From a virus: DNA of 64,000 nucleotides. Under the pieces are notes generated by a model. That model saw only the letters and a list, made by a program, of their open reading frames with translations, ran no database searches and was not told where the DNA came from. The stretch lies in the IMG/VR virus record IMGVR_UViG_3300025073_000006, one strand, 5' to 3'. The translations under genes and the position numbers were made by a program. Below are positions 1-8,391 of this stretch, in pieces. The number at the start of each line of letters is the position of its first letter. Positions within the stretch are counted from its first letter, which is position 1.

Positions 1-44
1 GAGGACGGCTTCGAGCCCGACCCGTGGCCGGGGGAGGTGACGCC

Positions 45-365
45 GTGACCCGCTACGTCGTCCTGCGCTATCAGCCGTGGACATCCCTTGACCTCAGCGG
101 CATGGCCGTCAACGCCACCCTCACCGAGAGCGCGGACGGCTGCACCGGATTCTTGCCGGTGTACGGCTCTCTCGACGACGCTCGGGCGGCGTTCCCGGAC
201 GACGAGATCGTGGCGATGCGACCGTTACGGCAGCGCGATCACGCCACCGCCAGCGATGGTGAGCAGGAACGCGAGCAGCCCGCACCCGAAGGCCACGAGG
301 CCGAGTTGGGAGAGCTTCCCGGCGGCGAGCCCGTAGGCGAGGGCGCCGATCAAGGCGACGAGTAG
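45..365 (+). CDS. Hypothetical early protein with acidic C-terminal tail
   Basis: Frame of track ORF 24..365. GTG at 45 lies 7 nt after GGGAGG (32-37). The frame is open to the window start, so it may begin upstream. No domain recognised. Confidence 0.5.
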   Translation: MTRYVVLRYQPWTSLDLSGMAVNATLTESADGCTGFLPVYGSLDDARAAFPDDEIVAMRPLRQRDHATASDGEQEREQPAPEGHEAELGELPGGEPVGEGADQGDE

Positions 366-381
366 GGAGACGTAGATCGTC

Positions 382-918
382 ATGGACACCTCACCACACA
401 GCATAGCCCGCCCCACCCTCTACATCGACCACCCCGCCACCCTGACCGCACAGGCCCGCCGCGGCGAGATCCCGCTCCGGGGCGTCTACTGCGGGATGGC
501 CGGGCACACGCGCCACGGCTCGGAGGGCCGCGTGTCGGCCCTCGCTCCCCACTACGCCGACGTGCTCGACGTGCTGGCCGGGCGCCTGCCCCTTGACCTC
601 TACGCCCGGCTCTGCCTCGCCAAGTGGGCCAGCGCCGACATCCGACCCGGCCACCTGCTCACCGAGCACGGCGCCACCGTCCCCGACGGCGCGGGCCTGT
701 ACTGCGAGTGCGCGCGGCCGGGCTCCCCGTCCAGGCGCCACCCCTGCCACCGGGAGCTGTGGCCCCTGGTGCTGGTCCCGGCCGGCTGGGATGTCGTGCT
801 CTACGGCAACCGGCTTACGGACGGCGTGAACCCCGCGCCGCACGTCATCCACGCGACGACCGGCGCCCCCTACGCCCCCGCCGCCTACGGGTGGCCCAAC
901 ACGGAGACACCCCGATGA
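382..918 (+). CDS. Hypothetical protein, Cys/His-containing
   Basis: Track ORF 382..918 with GGGAGA upstream of the ATG and protein-like composition. LYCECA...PCHRELW is faintly reminiscent of DUF4326-type phage proteins (unverified). Confidence 0.6.
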   Translation: MDTSPHSIARPTLYIDHPATLTAQARRGEIPLRGVYCGMAGHTRHGSEGRVSALAPHYADVLDVLAGRLPLDLYARLCLAKWASADIRPGHLLTEHGATVPDGAGLYCECARPGSPSRRHPCHRELWPLVLVPAGWDVVLYGNRLTDGVNPAPHVIHATTGAPYAPAAYGWPNTETPR

Positions 919-1277
919 CCGTTCGACACTTCTGGCGCATCGAAACCCCCGGTGACGACACGCTCACCGTGATCGCCGAGACGCACGGTGACGCCGTCGA
1001 CTACGCGATGGACTACTGCGACGACAGCGACGACGACAACCGCGGCAAGTACATCGTCAACCACGACGGCGACATCCACCGCTGGGTCGGCTTCGAGTCG
1101 GCCGAGGACGCCGCCGACCAGGTCCGCGACCTCGACGCCCGCGGCGTCACAGTGGACCGCCTCCTGACGCGCACCACGTCGCAGCCCGGCATCGACGAGA
1201 TCCATTGGGAGGTCGGCGCGCGGGACGCGGACTGGTGCCTGCTCCCGTCCGGCGTGCTCTGCGGAGGTGCGGATTGA
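915..1277 (+). CDS. Small strongly acidic protein
   Basis: ATG 915 overlaps the upstream stop (ATGA) and is in frame with track ORF 624..1277. About 120 aa, rich in D/E (CDDSDDDN, ESAEDAADQVRDLD). Confidence 0.65.
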   Translation: MTVRHFWRIETPGDDTLTVIAETHGDAVDYAMDYCDDSDDDNRGKYIVNHDGDIHRWVGFESAEDAADQVRDLDARGVTVDRLLTRTTSQPGIDEIHWEVGARDADWCLLPSGVLCGGAD

Positions 1278-1780
1278 CCCCGCGCATCCACTACGCAGGC
1301 GCCGCACGGTACGGGCGCACCCGTATCCTCGCCGGCTGGGCGGCCTGCTGCTCCGGCACGAAGGCTGATCGCATCCGGGCCACCGGCCAGCACACCTACG
1401 TCCCTGCTGGCGTCACCTGCGCGGCTTGTCGCCGCGTGATGGCGAAGGCGGGGATCGTCGTCGAGGCCATGGTCGCGCTCCTCGACGCTGACGACGCCCC
1501 GCCCCCGGCTGACCCCGCGCTCCTGGCCGCCGCGAACCGGGCGCTGGCCGAGCAGGTCGAGCGCCTGGAGGCCAACGCCACCGCCCGCGAGGGCGTCCTG
1601 CGCCGCGAGCACGACGCGCTGCGGAAGGCCGAGCGCGAGCGGGACGCCCTGCGCGATGCGGTGGGGGCCCTGCTCGCTCGACACTTCTGGCACCCTCCCC
1701 CGCCCGATCCCGAGGCTGACGCCGCGTGGGCCGCGCTGTGCAGGTTGCTGACCCCTTCCACCCCCACGGAGACGACATGA
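1274..1780 (+). CDS. Hypothetical protein with coiled-coil segment
   Basis: TTG 1274 is in frame with ORF 1205..1780, GGAGG lies at 1263-1267, and the start overlaps the upstream stop. Heptad-like AEQVERLEANATAREGVLRREHDALRKAERERDALRD. Confidence 0.55.
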   Translation: MTPRIHYAGAARYGRTRILAGWAACCSGTKADRIRATGQHTYVPAGVTCAACRRVMAKAGIVVEAMVALLDADDAPPPADPALLAAANRALAEQVERLEANATAREGVLRREHDALRKAERERDALRDAVGALLARHFWHPPPPDPEADAAWAALCRLLTPSTPTETT

Positions 1781-2355
1781 ACTGGCTCACCCTCCCCGAT
1801 TCACGCGCCCTGATCCTGCTCACCGACGGCGGACGGCCCGCCCTGATGCGGCTCGATCCCCGCGACCCCTACACTGGTGCCCAGAACGCCATACTCGAGA
1901 TCGAGGTCGTTACCAACTGGCGGGTCGACACGCGGACCCTCACCAGCGCCGACGACCGCGACGGCTGGTGGCTCCTGGTTGAGTGGGTCGGGCGGCTGGC
2001 GGTGCCCTGCACCTACGCCGAGTTCAAGACGGCGCCCACGCATCCCTACCCCTCCTCCCCGACCTGCGACGCCGGCAGACTCACCGGCCTGGCTGGCGTC
2101 AGCGTGACCAACGCGCTCGCCGCCGAGTGGCGCGGGCACCCGGCGGGCTCCTACCTCGTGTGGGCCTCGCACCCCGGCGCCCTCGGCGTCGTGCGCCGGG
2201 TCGGGTGGGAGAGCGTGCTGCTCCGGCTGGCGATGGACCGGCTCCCGGAGGCGACGCCCACGCCGCCGGCTGAGTGCCCCGTGTGCCACCGCGTCGGGCG
2301 GGTCCACCTCGCGCACGCATGCTCGTGCGGGTGGGTCGCGGACGTGACGCCGTGA
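1777..2355 (+). CDS. Hypothetical protein with C-terminal zinc-ribbon-like CPVCH..HACSCGW
   Basis: ATG 1777 overlaps the upstream stop (ATGA) and is in frame with ORF 1726..2355. Confidence 0.6.
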   Translation: MNWLTLPDSRALILLTDGGRPALMRLDPRDPYTGAQNAILEIEVVTNWRVDTRTLTSADDRDGWWLLVEWVGRLAVPCTYAEFKTAPTHPYPSSPTCDAGRLTGLAGVSVTNALAAEWRGHPAGSYLVWASHPGALGVVRRVGWESVLLRLAMDRLPEATPTPPAECPVCHRVGRVHLAHACSCGWVADVTP

Positions 2356-2726
2356 AGCTCACCCCCGCCCAGGCCCGCCGCCGCGACCGCAAGATCGCGC
2401 GGCGCCGCCATGCCCGCACGCTCCGAATCTTCGCTTCGCAGGTCGCCGCCCTGATGCCCGAGGAGCCCGAGTGGGTCGGCGCCGATCCCGCGGCGCCCGA
2501 GGACGCACCGCCCGCGGGTCGAGCGGTGTTCGTGGACGCCGCCGGCGAGGGCCTGGACATCCTGCTCGACTGGGCGACCGACCCCGAGGTGTACCGCCCG
2601 CCGATCCCGTCGCCAGAGGAGCCGCGTCCGCCGCGCGCCAAACCCCACTATCCCAGGGTGCCCCTCATGCTGGCGCTCCTGCTCGCCGCCGCGTCGGGCT
2701 CGGGCGGGCCGGGCGGTGAGCGGTGA
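2352..2726 (+). CDS. Hypothetical protein, Arg-rich N-terminus, hydrophobic C-terminal segment
   Basis: GTG 2352 overlaps the upstream stop (GTGA) and is in frame with ORF 2274..2726. Confidence 0.5.
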   Translation: MKLTPAQARRRDRKIARRRHARTLRIFASQVAALMPEEPEWVGADPAAPEDAPPAGRAVFVDAAGEGLDILLDWATDPEVYRPPIPSPEEPRPPRAKPHYPRVPLMLALLLAAASGSGGPGGER

Positions 2727-4219
2727 GCCCCCTCGTCTCGGTCGACCTGTTCGCGGGCGGCGGCGGCGCCTCCGAGGGCATCCGCCGCGCGACCGGCCAC
2801 GCCCCCATTGTGGCGATCAACCACAACCCAGCGGCCATCGAGATGCACCGCGCGAACCACCCGGGCACCCTGCACCTGCTGGAGAGCGTGTGGGAGGTCA
2901 GCCCCTCCGCGACCGTGCGCCGCGGTGAGGTCGACCTGCTGTGGCTGTCGCCCGACTGCACCCACTTCTCCCGGGCCAAGGGCGGCGCCCCGAAGCGCGA
3001 TCGGGAGATCCGCTCGCTGGCGTGGGTCGGCGTGGAGTGGGCGCGTACGGTTCGCCCGCGCGTGATCTGCCTGGAGAACGTCGGCGAGTTCGTCACCTGG
3101 GGGCCCCTGGACGCCGACGACAAGCCCATCCCCGAACGCAAGGGCGAGACCTTCCGCGCCTTCGTCGGGCGCCTGGAGATGCTCGGCTACCGCGTCGAGT
3201 GGCGCGTGCTCTGCGCCGCCGACTACGGCGCCCCCACGTCCCGCCGGCGGCTGTTCCTGGTCGCGCGCTGCGACGGCGAGGCCATCGTCTGGCCCGCGCC
3301 CACCCACGGCCCGGGGCGTCCGTCGCCCTGGCGGACCGCTGCCGAGTGCATCGACTGGTCGATCCCGTGCCCGAGCATCTTCGAGCGCAAGAAGCCCCTC
3401 GCGGAGGCCACGCAGCGCAGGATCGCCGAGGGCGTCCGGCGGTACGTGCTGAGCGGGTCACCCTACATCGTGCAGACCGGCCACCAGTCCAGCGACGGCG
3501 GCAAGGTGCGGGGCATCGACGAGCCGTTGTCCACCGTCGTCACGAAGGCGGAACACCTGCTCGTGTCGCCCGCCCTGGCGCGGGTCGGCAACGGGGAGCG
3601 CAAGGGCCAACGCCCGCGCGCCGAGGACATCCAGCAGGCGCTCACGACCGTGACGGGCACGCACCGCCACGCTCTCGTCGCAGCCTTCCTCGCGAAGCAC
3701 AACGGCGGCGCGACCGGCCAACCCCTCGACACGCCCGCGCACACCATCGCCGGCAACATCAACCGCGGCCCGGTGGCGGTGTTCCTCGACAAGATGCACG
3801 GCAGCGCCAGGGCCGGCATCCCCCTCGACCAGCCGGCCCCGACCATCACCGCCGGCGGCGAGCGCGGGGGCGGACACGCGGCGCTCGTGGCCGCGTTCTT
3901 GCTCAGGTACTACTCGCAGGGCGGGCAGTGGGGCGCCGTTGGCGAGCCGATGCACACGATCGTCTCGAAGGCGCGCATGGGCCTCGTCACCGTCGACCTG
4001 GCGGGCGAGGAATACGCGCTCGTGGACATCGGGATGCGGATGCTTCAGCCGCGCGAGCTGCTCGCGGCGCAGTTCAGCCCCGAGGTCGCCGAGGGCTACG
4101 TGCTCACCGGCACCAAGAGCCAGCAGGTCGCGCGGATCGGGAACAGCGTGCCGCCGCTGGTCGTGGAGGCCATCGTGCGCGCGCAGTTCGGGTTCGGCGC
4201 TCGGCGGGAGGCGGCGTGA
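2723..4219 (+). CDS. DNA (cytosine-5) methyltransferase
   Basis: C5-MTase motifs in canonical order: DLFAGGGGAS (motif I), SPDCTHFS (catalytic Cys, motif IV), CLENVGEF (VI), TSRRRLFLVA (VIII), GNSVPP (X). GTGA overlap with the upstream gene. Confidence 0.9.
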   Translation: MSPLVSVDLFAGGGGASEGIRRATGHAPIVAINHNPAAIEMHRANHPGTLHLLESVWEVSPSATVRRGEVDLLWLSPDCTHFSRAKGGAPKRDREIRSLAWVGVEWARTVRPRVICLENVGEFVTWGPLDADDKPIPERKGETFRAFVGRLEMLGYRVEWRVLCAADYGAPTSRRRLFLVARCDGEAIVWPAPTHGPGRPSPWRTAAECIDWSIPCPSIFERKKPLAEATQRRIAEGVRRYVLSGSPYIVQTGHQSSDGGKVRGIDEPLSTVVTKAEHLLVSPALARVGNGERKGQRPRAEDIQQALTTVTGTHRHALVAAFLAKHNGGATGQPLDTPAHTIAGNINRGPVAVFLDKMHGSARAGIPLDQPAPTITAGGERGGGHAALVAAFLLRYYSQGGQWGAVGEPMHTIVSKARMGLVTVDLAGEEYALVDIGMRMLQPRELLAAQFSPEVAEGYVLTGTKSQQVARIGNSVPPLVVEAIVRAQFGFGARREAA

Positions 4220-4521
4220 CCCCCTCCTCCGCCGACTGGACCTGCGCCCGCTGGTGGCTGTCCGCGCCCGACCCGACGCACGCGCCCGTGGCGCCGCTCA
4301 CCGTGGGCCGCGACATCGGACGCCTCGCGCTGCCCGAGGTGCTGTCCCCGCTCGACGTGGGCGAGGCACCGCCGGACGGCGTGGCGCGGCGGCACTGGGG
4401 CGAGGATGGCGGCGGGTGGGTCGCGTGCGGCGAGGGGTGCGCGCACGGGCCGGTGCGGGTGACGGCGATGAGCGCACGTCCGGAGCCGCGCCAGGTGGCG
4501 ATGTTCGGGGGCGGGGCGTGA
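4216..4521 (+). CDS. Hypothetical protein
   Basis: GTG 4216 overlaps the MTase stop (GTGA). It is the 3' part of track ORF 2941..4521, whose 5' part is a shadow of the MTase gene. Confidence 0.5.
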   Translation: MTPSSADWTCARWWLSAPDPTHAPVAPLTVGRDIGRLALPEVLSPLDVGEAPPDGVARRHWGEDGGGWVACGEGCAHGPVRVTAMSARPEPRQVAMFGGGA

Positions 4522-4562
4522 CTCGGCCCGCCCCTTGCACCACTCCTCACCAGGAGGCCACC

Positions 4563-4961
4563 GTGCCCAGCTACCGCGCCCTCGCTCGCCCCCCTCGCCT
4601 CGTCGGTCCACTGGTCGAGGCCCTCGCCGCCACCCACCGCACGCGGGCCCAGCAGGCCCGCATCCTCGGCATCTCCCGCGCCCAGCTCCAGGACCGGCTC
4701 TCGGGGCGGCGGGGTGCTCGCGGCTGGACCGACCGGCAGATCCGGTGGCTGGCCGAGCTGCTCGACACGTCCACGGCCGAGGCCCGGCGGCTGGTCGAGC
4801 AACACCGCGACATTGCTGTCGCGGTCGACAACACCGCCACCATCGGCATTCTTGACGATTGCACCCCCGAGCATGACGCCAGTGTCGCGGTTTGTGAACC
4901 GTGCGAGAACGTCGTGTCCATCGGTGCTTACGCCGAATGTGGCGCTGGCACCGCGACATAG
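4563..4961 (+). CDS. Putative HTH DNA-binding protein
   Basis: GTG 4563 follows AGGAGG (4552-4557) and is in frame with ORF 3939..4961. Segment AQQARILGISRAQLQDRLSG resembles a helix-turn-helix. Confidence 0.55.
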   Translation: MPSYRALARPPRLVGPLVEALAATHRTRAQQARILGISRAQLQDRLSGRRGARGWTDRQIRWLAELLDTSTAEARRLVEQHRDIAVAVDNTATIGILDDCTPEHDASVAVCEPCENVVSIGAYAECGAGTAT

Positions 4962-5085
4962 ATGTCAGGGAATTCGTGGGCATGGTTCTTGCGCGTGACC
5001 GGTTCGGGGGCACGTTCGGCGCCGCCATTGTGCGTGCTCGTCGAGAATGCGCATGGTTACGGCGTGGTTGCTTGATAGCGCGACA

Positions 5086-5113
5086 TTGGCACGGACCATG
5101 CACTACCTATGGT
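5086..5113 (+). promoter_or_regulatory. Putative sigma70-like promoter TTGGCA-N16-TATGGT
   Basis: Located in the lower-GC 190-bp gap between 4961 and 5154, about 40 nt upstream of ATG 5154. Confidence 0.3.
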
Positions 5114-5153
5114 CACGAGGCAACGACGAACCCCCGCCTCCGGAGACCACACC

Positions 5154-5459
5154 ATGACGACCACCGACACCACGACCCTGACCCCCTCCGTCGTCGCCGA
5201 GAACCTCGGGTACCTCAGCGACTTCAGGCGCGCCGCTCGCCGGGCGGCTCGCTGCCCCTCGCGCGATTCGGTCCCGGTCGTCGTCGTCGAGGGCAACGCC
5301 AAGCCCCGCGAGGTGGGCTCGCACGCGTACTACACCACGCAGGGCGGCACCCTCATCCACCACCCCAACGCCTACGGGCGGAAGTGCTACGACATGATCC
5401 GCTACCCCTCTACCCGTCACGTCGAGGTCGGCGCCGACTGGCGCCCCGTGGACTGGTAG
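5154..5459 (+). CDS. Hypothetical protein
   Basis: ATG 5154 follows GGAGA and is in frame with ORF 5109..5459. Protein-like composition. Confidence 0.55.
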   Translation: MTTTDTTTLTPSVVAENLGYLSDFRRAARRAARCPSRDSVPVVVVEGNAKPREVGSHAYYTTQGGTLIHHPNAYGRKCYDMIRYPSTRHVEVGADWRPVDW

Positions 5460-5465
5460 CCGCCC

Positions 5466-5509
5466 GCCCCCGCTCGGGGGCCCCGCAGAGCCCTGGGCGC
5501 TCCAGGGCT
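5466..5509 (+). terminator. Two tandem GC-rich hairpins after the stop at 5459
   Basis: GCCCCC-gctc-GGGGGC (5466-5481) and AGCCCTGG-gcgct-CCAGGGCT (5489-5509). There is no U-tract, so terminator function is uncertain. Confidence 0.3.
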
Positions 5510-5550
5510 GCGCCGGATTCCCGAGCCTCACCCGCACCCAGGAGCCCCCC

Positions 5551-5742
5551 ATGGCACGCGTCCCCACCTACCCAGACATCGAGACCGCCCGCTACGCCGA
5601 CGGGCAGGTGTTCGCCCGCTGGCTGCTCCGGTCGCTCCGGAGCGGGCGCATCGTCGCCCGCGGGTCGGACCGCGAGTGGTGGGAAGACGAGGCGCGGGCG
5701 CTGGACGACGCTCGGCTGATGGCCGAGGCCCGAGCCGCGTAG
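5551..5742 (+). CDS. Hypothetical small protein
   Basis: Track ORF with AGGAG 6 nt upstream of the ATG. Confidence 0.55.
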   Translation: MARVPTYPDIETARYADGQVFARWLLRSLRSGRIVARGSDREWWEDEARALDDARLMAEARAA

Positions 5743-5829
5743 AGTTCCCCGCTGTCCGCCCGCCCCGGCGGCCAGCGTCCAACCCAGGGGCACCGCGCCC
5801 GGCCGGGAGCCGGGCACCAGGAGCACACC

Positions 5830-6027
5830 ATGGACAACGACCATCGGTATGACTACGCCACCTGTCCAGGGTGCGGCCAGCGGTTTCAGTTGATCGACTG
5901 GCGCTGCGCCGTCCACCAGATCTACCACCCGGGCGGCGTGATCCCGGAGCCCGGGGTCGCGTGCAGCCCCATCGACATCTACCCGCCCGACGCCGACGCC
6001 GACCTCGGGGACGAGGAGGCGCTGTGA
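5830..6027 (+). CDS. Hypothetical small protein with CPGCG zinc-ribbon-like motif
   Basis: Track ORF with AGGAG upstream. CPGCG...C..H pattern. Confidence 0.55.
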   Translation: MDNDHRYDYATCPGCGQRFQLIDWRCAVHQIYHPGGVIPEPGVACSPIDIYPPDADADLGDEEAL

Positions 6028-6341
6028 ACCCGGTGGCTGTTCGGCTGTACGGCGAGATGATCACGGTCCGAGATGCAGGCGGGCAATCGCTGACCAGTCG
6101 GCCGTTCTGCGACGGCGGCCCCCGGTGTCTGTGCGCCCTGCACCGGGCCGCAAGGGCGGACGCCGAGCTCAACGAGGTCTTCCAGCGCGTGGCCGCGTTG
6201 CCGCTGGACGTGGACCCGGACGAGCGCAGGGCCCTGCTCGACCGGCTGGCGGATCTGATCGGGCGGCGGACGGAGAGGGACCGGCCACCGACGCACGAAT
6301 TGCCCTACGGCATCGAGGAGGGGGGAGACGATGCCGACTGA
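6024..6341 (+). CDS. Hypothetical protein
   Basis: GTG 6024 overlaps the upstream stop (GTGA) and is in frame with ORF 5871..6341. Confidence 0.5.
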   Translation: MNPVAVRLYGEMITVRDAGGQSLTSRPFCDGGPRCLCALHRAARADAELNEVFQRVAALPLDVDPDERRALLDRLADLIGRRTERDRPPTHELPYGIEEGGDDAD

Positions 6342-6672
6342 CCACGCCGGAACCCCCACGATCCTCGCCCGCCTGGGCCACGCCCTCGGCGGGCCGACGT
6401 ACCTCCTGGCTCGTCCGGATCGCCGCGTGGTGATTCGGGTGGCGTTCGACGAGCACGAGCTGGAGGTGGACGCGTCAAGCCTCGACGAGCCCGTGGGCGT
6501 CCTGCTGCGGGACGGCTCGATGCGCGTGCTCGACGACGTGGCATCAGGGGCCATCCGGCTCGCCTACGGGGCCGAGGTGGACGGGCGCAGGATCTGGCTC
6601 TACTCGGGCCAGCGAGACCGCGGACGGGCTGTGTGGACGCGGGCTACCCCTGCTCCCGGATCCGCGCCGTGA
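6331..6672 (+). CDS. Hypothetical protein
   Basis: Track ORF with GAGGAGGGGGGAG upstream of the ATG. Confidence 0.55.
   Translation: MPTDHAGTPTILARLGHALGGPTYLLARPDRRVVIRVAFDEHELEVDASSLDEPVGVLLRDGSMRVLDDVASGAIRLAYGAEVDGRRIWLYSGQRDRGRAVWTRATPAPGSAP
6642..6658. repeat. 17-bp direct repeat GGCTACCCCTGCTCCCG, copy 1
   Basis: Identical to 7119..7135. The two copies bracket gene 6713..7117. Confidence 0.8.
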
Positions 6673-6700
6673 GCCATGCCCGCAGACGGTCGGGCTTCCT
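6644..6700 (-). pseudogene. 3' remnant paralogous to the end of gene 7121..7507
   Basis: The minus frame ends ..AWLTARIREQG-stop, against ..GYLTAKVREQG-stop for 7121..7507. There is no start codon for a plausible gene, and the region is overlapped by plus-strand coding sequence. Confidence 0.35.
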
Positions 6701-6712
6701 CACCGTCAGGAG

Positions 6713-7117
6713 ATGACCATGTTCAATGAGGAAACGCAATACATGACCCCAATCACCACCCACCACGACGGCCTCGGTCTGAACGACCTGCTCGTGCTTC
6801 ACCGCGACGACCGCGACCCGGTCGCCGGCAACGCGAGTCACCGCTACGTCGGTGACATCGACGGCGCCCGCGTGCTGGACATCCAGTTTCAGCACGGGGC
6901 CCGGACGAAGCCCTCCTCGACGCCGGGCTGCCTGGAGGGGGCGGTGCTGACCGTCCTGATCGACCGGCTGGAGGGGATGCAGGCTGGCCCCTTCGCCTGC
7001 ATCGAGAACGACATCGCCCTCGCCCACATCCGCAGCGCCAGGGCCATCATCACGGACCGGGCCGCCCGGCGGAAGGCCCAGGGGGTGCTCGGCACGGACG
7101 CCGCGCACAAGTCGTAG
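6713..7117 (+). CDS. Conserved-looking small phage protein (134 aa), function unknown
   Basis: Track ORF with diverse composition and a lower-GC 5' end. Motif string HRY..G....IQFQHG...E..L..LIDRLEGMQAGPFACIENDIAL.HI..A......R..RK.QGV.GT recalls a widespread small phage family (family identity unverified). Confidence 0.7.
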   Translation: MTMFNEETQYMTPITTHHDGLGLNDLLVLHRDDRDPVAGNASHRYVGDIDGARVLDIQFQHGARTKPSSTPGCLEGAVLTVLIDRLEGMQAGPFACIENDIALAHIRSARAIITDRAARRKAQGVLGTDAAHKS

Positions 7118-7118
7118 C

Positions 7119-7135
7119 GGCTACCCCTGCTCCCG
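7119..7135. repeat. 17-bp direct repeat GGCTACCCCTGCTCCCG, copy 2
   Basis: Identical to 6642..6658. Overlaps the stop of minus gene 7121..7507. Confidence 0.8.
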
Positions 7136-7507
7136 CACCTTCGCGGTGAGGTAGCCCACCCGCTCGGTCCACGAGTCATCGGGCTCCCGGCCGAGCGCGT
7201 GGGCCTGGCGGATCATCTCCCGGTAGTAGGCCAACTCCCGGACGTGAAGCCGGGTGAGCACGGCCTCGGGGCGGCCGTCCGGGTCCAGCCTGACGCCATC
7301 GTACCGCTCGACGACGAGCCAACCCGCCTCGTCGCGGTAGGTGACCACCTGCCCAGGCGAGAGCCAGCCGGACCGCTCGTGTCGCTGGACGGCGAGGTGG
7401 TCGAGCGGGGTGAGGGGGATCCGGTCGGCGCCGTGGAGGACCCGGTCTGCGCGTAGCAGGCCCTCCACGACCCCGGCGCCGTGGGCGAGGGCAAGGCGGG
7501 CGCTCAT
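7121..7507 (-). CDS. Hypothetical protein
   Basis: ATG 7507 inside track ORF 7121..7573. Last gene of the long minus-strand block. Confidence 0.6.
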   Translation of the reverse strand: MSARLALAHGAGVVEGLLRADRVLHGADRIPLTPLDHLAVQRHERSGWLSPGQVVTYRDEAGWLVVERYDGVRLDPDGRPEAVLTRLHVRELAYYREMIRQAHALGREPDDSWTERVGYLTAKVREQG

Positions 7508-7517
7508 GGCCACCACG

Positions 7518-7967
7518 TCACGACCCGTCGGCTTCGAGGCGGGCGAGGTACTTCTGCACGTCGCGGAGAGCAATGGTCACCTCCCCTGTCAGGTCGTCGC
7601 GGCGTTCCTCCCGCCTCTCCTTGTCGGCGATGTGCTCCGCGACAACGGCCTCGACTGCTTCCAGACGGCCGAGTAGCGACTTTCCGCCCGCGTCGGGGGC
7701 GCGCACGATCCGGTCGAGGCCCTCGACTTGGCGGCGTAGGGCGGTGATATCCTCCTGGATTCTCGACCACGGGCGGGTCAAGGTCCGCCACGCCATCGCG
7801 ACGGCCACCACCATCCCGGCCAGCGTGGCGAGCCCGACCACGACCAGGACCACGCTCGACCACGCGGCATCAGCGGAGGGCGGCGGGACCTGGGCCTGGG
7901 CGATACCGGCAAGGAGGAGGACCCCGGCGAGGATGGCGGCAGCGCGCCTCACGGTGCGGCCGGACAC
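7518..7967 (-). CDS. Membrane protein with coiled-coil (lysis-cassette accessory, spanin-like?)
   Basis: N-terminal signal/TM segment AAAILAGVLLLAGIAQA, second TM VVLVVVGLATLAGMVVAVAMA, then a charged helical C-terminus. Adjacent to the holin-like gene. Confidence 0.6.
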   Translation of the reverse strand: MSGRTVRRAAAILAGVLLLAGIAQAQVPPPSADAAWSSVVLVVVGLATLAGMVVAVAMAWRTLTRPWSRIQEDITALRRQVEGLDRIVRAPDAGGKSLLGRLEAVEAVVAEHIADKERREERRDDLTGEVTIALRDVQKYLARLEADGS

Positions 7968-8389
7968 ACGGGGCAGGTTGGGCAGGGCGTCGCAGCCAGG
8001 GCGGCGCTCACGTCCTGCTGGGCCTGCTGAAGGTTGAACGCGCCGCCGTCCTTCACCATCGCGCCCGAAACGCCGATGTCATACTCGACGAGAGCGGCGA
8101 TGGTACGGTGATTCGCGCCGTTCTCGACGAGGTATTCCATCCCGAGGCTGCGCACGGGCGAGGCCGCGATCTGCGCCCGGAGCTCCAGCTCGCGCAGGGG
8201 CTCGGCGTTGACGGCCTCGCCCGTCTCCTCGACGACGCCCGCGGTTGCGGCCACCGTCTCGGGCGCGTCGGTCGAGATGGTGATCTCGGTGGCCTGCTTC
8301 CCACCAGCCTTCGCCCCGATGTAGATGCCTTCACCCACAGCGACGAGTCCGAGCGTGATCGCGATGTACAGCAGCATCTTCGACTCCAT
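7949..8389 (-). CDS. Membrane-anchored protein with Cys-rich C-terminus (lysis-cassette accessory)
   Basis: N-terminal TM LLYIAITLGLVAVGEGIYIG. C-terminus ..TPCPTCPVCPAAP. Confidence 0.6.
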   Translation of the reverse strand: MESKMLLYIAITLGLVAVGEGIYIGAKAGGKQATEITISTDAPETVAATAGVVEETGEAVNAEPLRELELRAQIAASPVRSLGMEYLVENGANHRTIAALVEYDIGVSGAMVKDGGAFNLQQAQQDVSAALAATPCPTCPVCPAAP

Positions 8390-8391
8390 GT

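Noticed and set aside
225-383. A 52-aa two-TM ORF on the minus strand (MTIYVSLLVALIGALAYGL..) that looks like a holin or small membrane protein.
   Set aside because: It lies entirely inside plus ORF 45..365, which has a good RBS and sits in a tightly coupled plus-strand gene series. High GC3 on both strands is expected from the frame relationship. Kept only as an unlikely alternative.
5797-5815. GCCCGGC-cggga-GCCGGGC hairpin just upstream of the RBS of gene 5830..6027, considered as a terminator or attenuator.
   Set aside because: No U-tract, and such 7-bp GC stems are frequent in DNA this GC-rich. There is not enough evidence to call it.
6644-7108. A 154-aa minus ORF overlapping gene 6713..7117.
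   Set aside because: Shadow composition. Only its last ~11-19 codons look meaningful, as a remnant of a paralogous gene end.
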